Source of the DNA: Catajapyx aquilonaris
Taxonomy: Eukaryota
Reading direction: 5' to 3'
DNA length: 55,775 bases
NCBI GenBank assembly: GCA_000934665.2
Contig: JYFJ02000634.1
Coordinates: 62,001 to 117,775 of the forward strand
Of the stretch, positions 14,758-26,900 are shown one piece after another. Position 1 is the first letter of the stretch. Each line of letters begins with the position of its first letter. Below the pieces are notes generated by a model, which was not told where the DNA came from, ran no database searches, and saw only the letters and a list, made by a program, of their open reading frames with translations. Both the position numbers and the translations under genes were made by a program.

Positions 14758-14815
<58 letters not shown>
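14758..14815. repeat. (GA)n microsatellite
   Basis: Pure GA run. Confidence 0.95.
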
Positions 14816-14817
<2 letters not shown>

Positions 14818-16947
14818 TCCCTCCTTTTCTCTCCAACATTTCTATTGAATTATAGCCTCCTCGCACAACCTGCCGCTGCTGCTACAGCCACACTCTGGCT
14901 GTACTCAACTAGCCAATCAAGAGCCTGCTGGAAAGGAAGAGAAAAATGTTGGGAAATAGAGTGGTGCTAGGGTTTGTTGGTGCGCAGCTGTTGGATGAAG
15001 CCGCTCTTGCCAGAGCCAATATTGACACTATTATTATGTCATGGGCTGTTGAAAAGAGCACGCCTGCCGGCCACTCTCCTATGGGGGACAGCTCCCACAG
15101 TCATTTCAGGCCTGCTGTGTCAACGCCTAGCAAAGGTTGCTAGGGTGGCGTGATGTACCAGCGGGGAACTCCCGAAATTTCGGCTGATCTTTACTACGCG
15201 ACGAAATGGCGGGGGGACTTCACAGAGCGCGTCCGAATGGGCATCTCGCTGTGACAAAGCCACAATAACGTTCATGATTTTTTGCGATTACAACCCTTAC
15301 AATTACCGCCCAAATCTACCATTATCGTGCTAATGGACGGACCATGCCTGGCGGAGCCACAAAGAGCGACAGTACCCGTTCGGAGGAGCTCTCTGACACT
15401 TCGTCGCGTAGGAAAGACCAGCCGAAATTTCTGCTGGATCGGTGTCTGACTGGTGGATCCTAATTGCAACAACCTAAAACACAGACGCCCGTGTGAACCT
15501 GCAATAATTAATGGGTCAATCCACAAAAATGTCAAAATTGAATTAAGCCCAGGAATATACACCTAAGGATTCAGTTAAAATCAAGGAGGCGAAATCAGCA
15601 TATTTCTGCCACAAATGACCGAAAGGAACACTGAATCAATTTCACAGGTATGACCTTCAAATGCCCCTTTATTAAACCTGTTCTCGGGTGGGTTGACTCA
15701 TTATTGCATAACACCGTCCAATTGATCCAACAGATCCCGACTGAAACATAGTAAACGGGAGGAGCGAAAGAAACCGGTCATATTCGGCGGCCTCACATAT
15801 TTTTATTTCTTTTTATTGCGTCCTTGCTAAAAGGTGACATGTGGACAACCATAACAATATTGTTTATTTCATTTATTTATATTATATATTTTTTTCTGAA
15901 TGAGCACGACTCGAAGGTACACCTGGTCTCAAAACCACGCACAGGATGGGTATGGGGAAAGGGGGATGGAGTCAGGTAGAGACAGAAAGTACACAGCAGA
16001 GACTGACTGGAAAACTTTGATGGCGTTTTGTCCTCTTTGTACAGGATAGAAAACTATTTACTACGGAAGAATAGGGTGGGTCACTAAAATTCCCTACTCC
16101 GCACAGGGGGGGTCTACTTGGATAAGTCGGGGGAAGTTTTAACCAAGCTACTAGTCCTGTTGGTCCTGAGGAAACATATTTGGGGGGGAAAAAGGAACCC
16201 ACATCGCTTCAAAATTCCAAATGGAAAAGTGGCGACGTCATCAAATAAATAATCGGCTGCATTGTCGTTCGAGTAATTTTTCCAAGTCGAATTTTGGGTC
16301 AATCTGGAGGCGCTTTAAAAGGCGGCAGAATAAACGTCCCTGTATGCGGATTCTCACTATTCTTATCGGCGCCTTTTTTTTCTCTCGTCGCGTTTAAAAC
16401 GCCTGGTGTAGCCCACACAAAGCGTTTAAAACGCGTCCAAAAAAAAGGACATCCATATGGCAAGCTACACGTTTCAAAAATTTTCATTTTGCTGAACGTT
16501 TTTCATTGGAAATGATTTTGGTAGCAAACTTCACGCCCCTGTTGACCTTGCGGACGAAACGCGACGTTTTTTGAGCCGCGTTTTAAACGTTCAAGCGCGG
16601 CTGAAGGTTGGCCCACTCGGTGACGTTTGGCAGGTTTACGGAAGAGTCACGGCCCTATGATTGTCCTCCTGTATACTCGTCGATGTGAAATTTCCAAAAT
16701 GAGCCATGCCGTTGTGTGAACGTGGCCACGAGCGCCGCTCACAAACCGAACGGCTAGCCACGCCCTAGCCTAGCCACAATGATGTTACTGGTTTTCTCGT
16801 CGTGGGTGAGCCAACCGCGTCGCGAATGACTCGGTGGGTGGTTGGGAGGGAAAGGGGTGGGAGGCAGTGTCGGTGGCGTCTACCAGCGTCGCTCCACACT
16901 GGCTGCAAGGAGCGACCCCATTCCATGCACAACAAACTTCCACGTGT

Positions 16948-16953
16948 TTTATT
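16948..16953 (-). promoter_or_regulatory. Candidate polyadenylation signal of the Nav-like gene
   Basis: AATAAA on minus strand ~60 nt after the stop at 17014. Confidence 0.55.
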
Positions 16954-17013
16954 TTTAATTTTTTTTTGTTTTAAATAGTCTACTCGGGCAGCGAGGAAAA
17001 GAAACAACTGTCT

Positions 17014-17972
17014 TCAGCGTAGGTCGTATTGACCTCCGAATGTCTTGTACTTGTGCCAGGCGACCTGAATGACCCGGGCTGACCTGTCCTGCCTCTGCCG
17101 GAGCATGGTGGAGGACACCACTCGATAGGCGGCGGCGTCGCGACGGTGGGAAAGCAGGCTGGGAGGCGGCGTTTGTCTGGGAGGCAGGTAGCGTCGGGAG
17201 TGACCGCGACGCTGGAGCAGGTCGGTCAGCAGGGCGTCGGCGGCGTCCAGTGGATGCACGGCGTCGCCTTGCACCACTGGTATGCTGAGGGCGGCCACCT
17301 TGCACCTCCCGAGCTGCAGTGGCCTTAGAGGCGCCGGCAGCATCGCCAGCGCCTCGGCCACGTGGCTGGCAGGAAGCAGCTGCCAGCGGTTACCAGTGGA
17401 CGGCGACGACGCTCCGTACGCCGCCGCTGACCACACGGCGCCTCTCCACGCCCAGTGGAAGTCGTCCGCTATCCACTCGGTCACCCCAGTCTCAGCCTCA
17501 TCCTCGGCGGCCATCACCTCCGCGATCAGGATGGCCGGAAAGAACGCAGTCAGCACCACCGACGGCAGAAGCGACGCCAGCACAAAGACCATCACCACCA
17601 CACGCGACGCTGGCGACGCCTCCAGCAAAGTGGCTAGCAGCCGGTGCCAGCCGAACCCGCCCAGGAGGACCGGGAGGAGCGTCCCGGCGGCGGCGGGGAA
17701 GGTCTTGAACATCGCCTCTTGCTCCACCACCACCTGGGGCGTCGGGAGCGTCGGAGGGACGACGCCCGGGACGCCCAGGATCACCCCTCCCACTCCGGGC
17801 TTAGGGGGAGGCATCGGTGGAATGGGGCCTCCAAACAGGGCCATCCCCACCGTCGACAGGACCACAGTGTGGAGGGACAGCAGGATGGCCACTGCCACCA
17901 GGTTGGCCGTCGCGTTGGACATGGCCGACCATGCCACGCCCAGGGGCCTGCCCCGGGGCCGAAAACACAATA
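17014..17972 (-). CDS. Nav-like exon 17: DIV S4-S5 linker, S5, pore, S6, C-terminal domain, IQ motif, stop
   Basis: GMALFG...MFKTF...GGFGWHRLL...[19 protein letters not shown]...[28 protein letters not shown]; acceptor ctaccag (phase 1). Confidence 0.85.
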
Positions 17973-20900
17973 CTGGTAGGTTGGTTCACCTCATCTGACC
18001 ATCACGGTCAAGGTTCATGCAACTGTAGATAAATTTTTACAGATCGCAACCGTGTGCGCACCATAGTTCGCGCAGCTTGCACGGGTTGGCATCAGCCCGG
18101 CTTGCAACTCCATATTAGTTAGCGTGCGCTTAACGAGTATCCGCATCCCTGGATGTGGCGCACTGTGGCGCACTGTTCCAAATCCTATTCGGGCTGACGA
18201 CTTCAGAACGGTTCAAAAGTCGTCCGCCCGAATACGATTTGGTACAGTGCCCGACAGCAGCGCCTAATCCGGGGTGGCGCAGGACTCGTTAAGAGCACGG
18301 CCGTCCCCATAAGGCTAGGATGGGACTTGCGGGGGGCTAGTTGGCCTAAACAATGATAGCTCTCTCCGTAGTGGGTGTACTGGTAATTATGCATTGCAAT
18401 TGTTTCCAACGCTACGTTTGGTGGGGACAAAATGGCTGACGGTTTGCGATGTTCCCTCTGGGAACTAAACTCACAGGTGAGTTATTTGTTGGCTTCTCGG
18501 GAGTAAGTGTGGCAACGTTGTTATCGGAACAGTATAGCTGCGCGAGTGTGGGTGCGCACTCGGTTGCGTTCGTTAAAAATTCATCTATGAAACTGAGACT
18601 TGCGCCCTGAGCTGTCGTTAAACTCCTTACCGTGTCATCCGACACCGCATGAGCAGTGTACCGGTTCGACCCCATACCCTGACCAGACGCAACAACGCAG
18701 GAGACGGCAGTTGGGCTACTGCAGTGGCGCCAATCACCCTGGGAAGAGCACCGGTCCCTTCTGCAAAGACCAAGCTGGAGGGTCAGTACAGGATGATTAC
18801 ATTCGGAGAGATTAAGATTGTCTGACCCATGAGTGCTCCGATGGCTCCGACTGCGTCTGCAAGGTTCAGGGCGGAGCAGAAGAAGGTTTTCGGTCCGGAG
18901 AGGAACCTTGCGGCCGACTCGAAGCAGAGGAGCAGGGCCATGGAGCAGCTGATGAACTTGAGTCCGTCTGCCCAAGCCGGGTGGGCAGCACGGGCCGATA
19001 GGGACAGTGGGATCAGCTGGAGGACCCCTAGGGCCACGCAGCCTGCCTCCCAACCGTGGGACTGCACGTTCTGGTGGAGCGCCCTACCCAAGCGCCACTA
19101 CACGGACGGGGAAAGGAAAACAAAAAGGTAGGCTTATTGCAGGGCCTCCACAAGACAGCGCATGCGCAGACACTTCATGAGGCCCCGATTGAGTATGATT
19201 GACGCTCAATCGGGGGCCTCAGACCACGCCTTGTCCAAAGACGCATGCGCAAACTGTTCATGAGGCCCCGATTGAGCATGATTGACGCTCGTTCGGGGCC
19301 TCAGGCCACGCCTTGTCCAAAGACGCTTGCGCAAACTGTTCATGATGCCCGATTGAGCATGACTGACGCTCAATCGGGGCCTCAGACGTCCTATCTAGGA
19401 CACGTGATCGATGTTCCGTTTGGGGAGAAAGGTAGAACGCTATCCGCTTTTTTTTCCTTCAGGAAGATGGCAGAGAGTCATGACATGAATGTTATGTGTC
19501 ATCCTCATGGAATCATTCTCTGCTGACATGGAGTACACTGAAATTACGATTCAAGCTCATTTTCTCTCTCTCTCTTCCTTACTAGCAATATTCTGATGAT
19601 TAGTATATCCCCTGCCGATAAGGAAGTCTCGCCCTTTGCCCATAAATGTTATATCTGCGGTCACCAATGTCACCCTTTATTCAGTACGCCCTTGAGGATT
19701 GAGGAGAAAGGAGTCGTCTGATTGAGTCAAGTGCAGCATCCTCCGAGATGATGGCCAACATCGGCAGTTTTGGTCTGTATTTGTTAGCCATGTTCCTGTC
19801 AGGGGTCAATCATTCCCTGGCCCTCCCAAATAACGCGGCCGAAAATATTCCCCATGGTGCTGAAACGGAACAAATCAGTCAGATAGACAGACTGGAACTG
19901 GCCATACAAACAATGATGAGAGCTGTGGAGGATGGATTTGCTCGATCAGGTAATAATAAAGGGCCAATAGATAATTATCAAGTATTGTTAAAGTCCGTTG
20001 AATATGCTGTTACTTTTCTTCCATTGCGCAGCCCGAGAGAGGCGAGAGATCAAGGAGGAAGTGGGTTCATTAAAAGAGGAAATGACAACATTAAAAGAAG
20101 GAATGAAATCATTAGAAGACAAATTGAAGTAAGTGAGCAACCAACGTGTATAACGCAATATTTCTTTTACTGCCACCAACAGCCAAGGATGGAACAATCG
20201 TGATGTTACCACAATGATCCTTTGCTAACATGTTACGTAGATCATGTTAAATGTGTTCTGGAAAAGACTGAGAACTACTGATGAGAAGAGCATGTTGACC
20301 GAAATATGGCTACTTTTTCCATCAAATTGTGTGCAAATATTATTCTAGTGTCTCATCGAGTTGTGTGGAAGGTCAGACCCCTTCGACTGGAGACCTTGAC
20401 CCGGCCACGAGTGACCTGCAATGTGCGTCTGAAGCGAGTCTCGCAGCAGAAAAGAGACTCAAGGCAGAGATTGGTCAGGCAGTGGACACTTTCACCTCAT
20501 CGGTCAGTGGACAGAAATTGGGCAACACAACTGCTTGTCCGACCGAATCTGGTAAGTGGACAGATCATTGCTGCAGGGCCATAAAAATACCGTATACTGC
20601 AGCCCTGCAGGTGCTCCGGAAGAACTTTGCAGAACCGAAATGGTTTCTTATCTACAAAATGGTTGAAGACTAACTCTGGCAATAATTTATTATAGACCCG
20701 ACACCTCATGCAGTACCTCCATCAAGAAATTGCTACGACATGAAGCAACGAGGACACAGCTCTTCTGGCGTGTATTCTGTGACCATCGCTGGAAAACAAG
20801 TCCAGGTGAGGCTCGCGTAAAAAGGTTGCATTCAGCACCCTGAATGATTGCAGATTACATTTTTACTGTCGTCTTGCCCTCAGGTGTATTGCGATATGGA

Positions 20901-23900
20901 GTCGGATGGAGGAGGGTGGACAGTAGTGCAAAGAAGAGACGACATCGAGCCTCACGTGGACTTCAACCGTGAATGGGATGGTTACAAGAGAGGGTTTGGT
21001 GATCTGAATGGGGAGTTCTGGCTGGGTAAGTTACACTCTTATCACTTGTCACCATCACAGTACACGAATGGATTGACAGGCATAAAAGGCCTGGTTTCAA
21101 AATGCTGGGAAGGGTTATTCACTGTGGATATAAAAGTAGTCATTTCTTCTCACCAGTCAGTCTAAATCTACACTATTGTGGTGCCATAATGGCTTAACTC
21201 CCTTTTGATTGTAATCCCCATAAAACATAACCCGCATTGTCCCACCCCGTACAGGTCTGGACAACATCCACGGACTGACCACTTCCACTCCGATGAGACT
21301 CCGGGTGGACCTGGAGGATTGGGAGGGGGAGAAGAGAGTCGCCTTGTACCACACTTTCATGGTCCAAGATGAAGAGGAGAAGTACAACCTCACTGTGGGA
21401 GGGTACAAGAAGGGATCGGGAGGTGATGATCCGGGGAACGCTCTATACTGGCACAATGGCAAGGTCTTCTCCACAAAAGACCAGGACAACGATGGTTATG
21501 GAGTGAACTGTGCAGAGATGTACAAGGGTGGCTGGTGGTACATAACATGCCTCTCTTCCAATCTGAACGGAGTTTATCTCAAGGGAAGGCACGACCAATC
21601 CGGTCAAGGTGTCCACTGGTACTACTGGAAGGGATCGTATTACTCTCTAAGAAGAACAGCCATGAAGATCAGACCCAGATAAAAAGACCAGTAATGACCT
21701 TCTGCACATTTCCCACTTCAATACTCACCACCTTCGCCATTTTATAACTGATCTGCATATTGGTGACATATAGAATCGGTCATAATTATGTCTGTTTTGT
21801 TTCTTTTGATTAAGTCTACCGAAGGCTACGAATGTACCAGAAAACATCCGAATATTCTTTTGTATGTTACATTCCACCTTGAAGTTTCAATGAGGAATTT
21901 ACATTGATAATCTAATTAATGAAGTTCAATTATTCATTTGTGACTGACCCCATGAAACTCGAAAATTGGGGTCTCATCTAACACTACTATAATTATGATT
22001 GTGTTCTTCTATTTTTTAAAAAAATGGATAACATAAAACATGTCACTGGAGGTCTGGAGGTATGTGTCAATAAACTCCTTTTTTCAAAGACGCATGCGTA
22101 TTCAGTTCCTGAGGCCCCGATTGAGCATAGTTGACGCTCAATTGGGGCCTCAGACCCCTCCCTTTTGGCCCCATTTTTTTCCAAAAAGCGCATGTGCAGA
22201 GTGTTCCTTAGGCCCCGACTGAGCATGATGGACTCTCGGTCGGGGCCTCAGACCACGCCTTCTCCAAAGACGCATGTGCAAACGCTTCATGAGGCCCCGA
22301 TTGAGCATGATTGGCGCTCGGTCGGGGGCCTCAGACCACGCCTTCTCCAAAGACGCATGCGCAAACGCTTCATGAGGCCCCGATTGAGCATGATTTACGC
22401 TCCGTCGGGGCCTCTCAAACCCCGCCTTCTCCAAAGACGCATGCGCAAACGGTTCATGAGGCCCCAATTGAGCATGATTGACGCTCGTTCGGGGCCTCTC
22501 AAACCCTGCCTTCTCCAAAGACGCATGCGCAAACGGTTCATGAGGCCCCGATTGAGCATGATTTACGCTCGGTCGGGGCCTCTCAAACCCCGCCTTCTCC
22601 AAAGACGCATGCGCAAACGGTTCATGAGGCCCCGATTGAGCCTGATTGACGCTCGGTCGGGGCCTCAAACCCCGCCTTTTTTCAAGTTTCTGAGGCCCCG
22701 ATTGAGCATATTTTACGCTTTTTTTCCATCCATGCAACGCCGCGGGAGTTATCTAAACCAGCTAACTGTTGGACAGTAGTTGTTTACCTTCGGAGGAGAT
22801 GAGTAGTGCTGGGGCTGCCATCTTTCCAGCTTTTTCATGGCCGAACAGTACTGCCTCATGGCCGCCTGATGGAACATGTCCAGGGTCGTGCCCCTGACAA
22901 ACAAACAAACAAAACAAGTCCATTGTAATGGCCTACAAGAATCCCGCAAACACATCCATCTATCTCTCCATGCACGCTGTTGGCGTCTTGCCGTACTTTT
23001 GCCTGAGCAGGGCTTCGAGGAGGGCCACGATGAAGAGCCTTATGTAGAGGAAGGCCGCCAGCAGCAGGAAGAGACCGAAGTATGCGCACGCGTAGAGGTT
23101 GACGTCCCTGATGGGCTGCAGGTTGGGAGCCCTGGCGTCGGTGGCGTCGGTCACCACCCCTTCCCATCCTTCCAAGGTGGCCACGTGCAGGAGGGACAGC
23201 AGGGCGCTCCAGAAGTGGTCAAAGGTCAGCTTGGCGTTCTGCCAGGTCAGCCCTTCCTTTTCGCAGGCCGCGCGGGTCGGCACGGCGTCGTGCGAAACCG
23301 CGTTGCCTCCCTGATCGACACACTTGTGGAATAGCCCTCCGAAGAGCTGGACGCCCATGCAGGCGTAGATGAAGAGGCAGCCGAAGCAGGAGAGGAAGGC
23401 GGCCAGCAGGGAGGGAAGGGCGTCGATCAAAGCGGCGCCCAGGCGTCGGCATCCACGCCACCAACGGAGAAGACGGGCCAGGCGGAGGCTGCGGGACGCC
23501 CTGGACGCCCGAAGCAAAGGGCCGTCCCCGGGGCCGCCCCTGGGCGCTGTCAGACCCGCCAGACTCAGCTGAAACGGGCACCGTTAAACTGTAGGCTGTC
23601 ATAATTTGGCAACACTGCCCAGCTCGTTACTTGGAGGTAGTACTATAAGCCACTAACACTGCTGCCGCTCCCAGGGGGAAAGTAGTAGGCTACTACATGC
23701 ACGTTGGTGATGAGTCACAGCCCGCCACTGAAGTGAGTCCCACCCTCTCTGACCGCTCTAATTGTTGAGGTGGAAAGTGAAAACTATGGGAACTGCTACG
23801 GACATGCAGACGGACTAGTAGTATGATAGCAAAGCCCTACAGGGAATATGATGTTCATGTCAGAAGATGAAATGAAGGTACCAGCTGTGTCTAAATTGCG

Positions 23901-26900
23901 TTTCTAAGCCGGTGAGCACACCTCAGTTGCGGTAATCAGAGAGGAAACGTATGTGGCTTATAACACGATTTGAACGGGTGCCAAAATCTTCTTTGTTAAG
24001 AGATCAACCCCTCAGAGGCATCTTGGCAAAGTTACTGCTTCACTGCGATGTAACCTTAACCGCTTACATAATTAATTACGAGTTACGGCCGCAGAAAATT
24101 TCCAATTTCAACTTTGGCCAAGTACAACCCCCCCTCTCATGGGGCCTATTCTAAAACACACGCGGCAAAGACTTGCACCAGAATTTATGACAATTTTTTT
24201 TTGTGTGTTGCTCCACCGCGATAAATTTGCAAGGAGGTGAAATTACTGCCCCCGAGTTTATGCAGCATTACGCCGAGTGCTCGGGAAGACTAACTTTCCT
24301 CCACATTTTTTAGTAGAATTTAACGACATCATATTACGAGGAAGGAGGGTCGCATGGCATAGCTATCACTTAAAAGTGTCCACAAAAAGCGACATTAAAA
24401 TTAAGGCTTAATAGAAAATTAGTAAGCAGAGCTGTGGACATAAACAAACATTCAAATGGGGGGCCAGCACCCCCTCAGCATAATGGAAGGGGCGGCCGGT
24501 TTAGAGGAGAGTCCTTTTCACACACACACACACGGAATTCCAATGAGCTCAAATGGAACTTGTGCACTTGCACCCAACTAATCAGCATTCATTTACATGT
24601 TAATTAACAAGCAGACAACGGTTGGCAGGTGCAAACCTCACCGCAGACATGCTCACTTAAGCTCCACTTGCACGCGTTGACTCATCACCAACGTGCATGT
24701 AGTACTAATTTCCTCCGCAGAGCGCCATCTAGTGGTGGCATGTCGTACTACGTTCAAGCCTGCCACATTTTCACAACTTCTGATGCCATGTTATTACTCG
24801 AGTGTAATTGGGCCGGATTTTCCCCAACGTACACAGGCTGATCGAAATGGCTTTTGTGAGGCAGACCAGCCATTTGAACTTTGCTGAGGTCAACGGCTGA
24901 GGTCACACCGGCCTCAATACATGCAGTGCATATCGCAAACAGTAGCTATTACACTATCAGTTCCCAGAAGAGTGATTACTATTGGCACGAGACCAACACA
25001 AAAGAGGGCACTATTATGCTATGCAGGCCCAAAAAGAAGCACGGGTTGGGGGCCACTGCCTCAATGCAACAATGGTTAACTGTCGAGGGTCACGAATACG
25101 TATCGATCTCTCCAGATCAATAGGCCATGACCCACAGCTATGCACATTAATTTTTGACCAAAAAAAAAAGTCCCAGGCACAAATGGCTTTCTTTTTTTTG
25201 CCACACACAGATCCATGCAAAAATGGGGCTGGAATATTCTTGCTCTTTAAAAAGCGGTAAGGTCGATAGTGCAGCCCCGCAGCACTCCATCAAAAAGAGA
25301 TGGGCCGCTCCCTACCTGCACACATCCATTTCACTCTCAATTATTTGGCATGCTTAACTAGAAACCTAATTAAGCGGGAGTCCCCACTGGTTACATGGGA
25401 ACAGCGCATACACTTTGCGAGGAAAGTACACCGGTCATGTTCCCACCGGAGCTCAAAAGTCTGAAACAAGTACAAAGTTCCCCGTAGTGTTCAGATAAAA
25501 AATCAGCAATGTTCAGTGCAACATTAAAAAAATTATGCAACATTCAGAAAAATTATGCAATGTTCTTAACAAATTACACAATCTTCAGAAGAAATTCTGC
25601 AACATTAAAAAAAAGATTATGCAACGTTAAAAAAATTATGCGAAGTTCATAAAAATTCTGAATTGTTCCTAACAAATTCTGCATCATTCAGACCAAAACT
25701 TGCGATGTTCATAAAAATTCTGTAAATTCTGCAAATATTCTGCAATGTTCAGAAAAAAATATATTTCAACATGAAGTAAAAATTATGTCACATACGAAAA
25801 TAAAATAAAATCTTTAACATTCAGAACATAATTCTGCAACGTTTGTTCAGAACAATTTCTGCCACATTCAGAACAAAATTTGCAATGTTCATAAATAAAT
25901 TGTGCAATGTATCACAAAAGTGAGGCAAAAACTAACTCCGTTAAGTGTCACAGTTCAACAGTCCGCGCACTTGCTACAAGCAAAAACATGAGGCCCAGTC
26001 CCAGAATAGAACCGGCTCCGAATAAACTCTTGTGACGCCTAGTGCGGAGAACAAGGTTGTATCAACATGGCATAAAGGAAGTGTTTTAGTTCGGAATGGA
26101 TCGATGCCTATCCATTCATGCAACTGGGGCCACAATCAAACAGCATTAATGCATGCTCTGCCATGTTTCAGAGATTGATCTGTTGCGCTCCCCCACGTTT
26201 TATGCACGTCACCCACTAGAAATAGACCCGCATTTGCAGAATATAGACCAGGCTCTATGAATAAGTCATGCGAGGGCATACATACATAAAGACTGCTTGA
26301 TACAACTAACCGAGAACGTGCTCAAACGTTCAGGAAAAAAGGCCGCTGATGGGATTACATTGCGCTTGGATTCACCTGGGAATTGCTTATTGCTATGTGC
26401 ACACTAACCATATTGTTTGTACACGAAGATACGCAGACAATAGCTCATATATTACTCAGATCAGGTGTAACGCAACGGAACGTACTGTTTATTTTATAAA
26501 TTAGAACATTTTTGATGTTTACATAATAATACAGAATAAGTTCGCCACACATCTGTTTACGTAAAATGAACGAGCCGTTTTTATCCTACAGAAATAGTTG
26601 TGGCGTCCTGCAGATGCTACTCATTTCAGTTGCTGTCACGACTTATCGGACATAGTCGACGAGCATTACGTGTAACAGCAGCATTATTTTAGAGCTTGCG
26701 ACTTGGAATTCGTTGCGATGCAGGTTGTGTTCAGCCTAATATTAAAAGTTGTACTCACGAAGAGAATGGCAAAGTCGAGCCCCTGCAGAGGGTCCTGTAT
26801 GAGATGCGTGGGTCCGTGGGCCAAGATGCGGAGAAGCAATTCCAGGGCTAGAAATGCGGTGAGTCCAGCGTCGATGAAGTCCATTGCGAAGGCGATTCTG

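Noticed and set aside
1150..16500. Numerous 60-215-aa ORFs in the left region
   Set aside because: No recognisable domains; many overlap repeats or microsatellites and start at non-ATG codons.
17282..17998. 238-aa plus-strand ORF and similar plus-strand ORFs at 26703-27329, 31337-31828 and 41124-42172
   Set aside because: Antisense shadows of GC-rich channel exons with no independent motifs.
19950..20203. C-terminal half of the 151-aa ORF 19748-20203 as real protein
   Set aside because: It reads through an intron (19950-20031); the spliced frame gives a coiled coil and connects in phase to the FReD exons.
22085..22715. CRISPR-like array of hairpin repeats, and the 195/204-aa repetitive ORFs over it
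   Set aside because: Whole units repeat with no unique spacers, no cas genes are present, and the context is a eukaryotic intron; the ORFs arise from an 84-bp (multiple of 3) unit.
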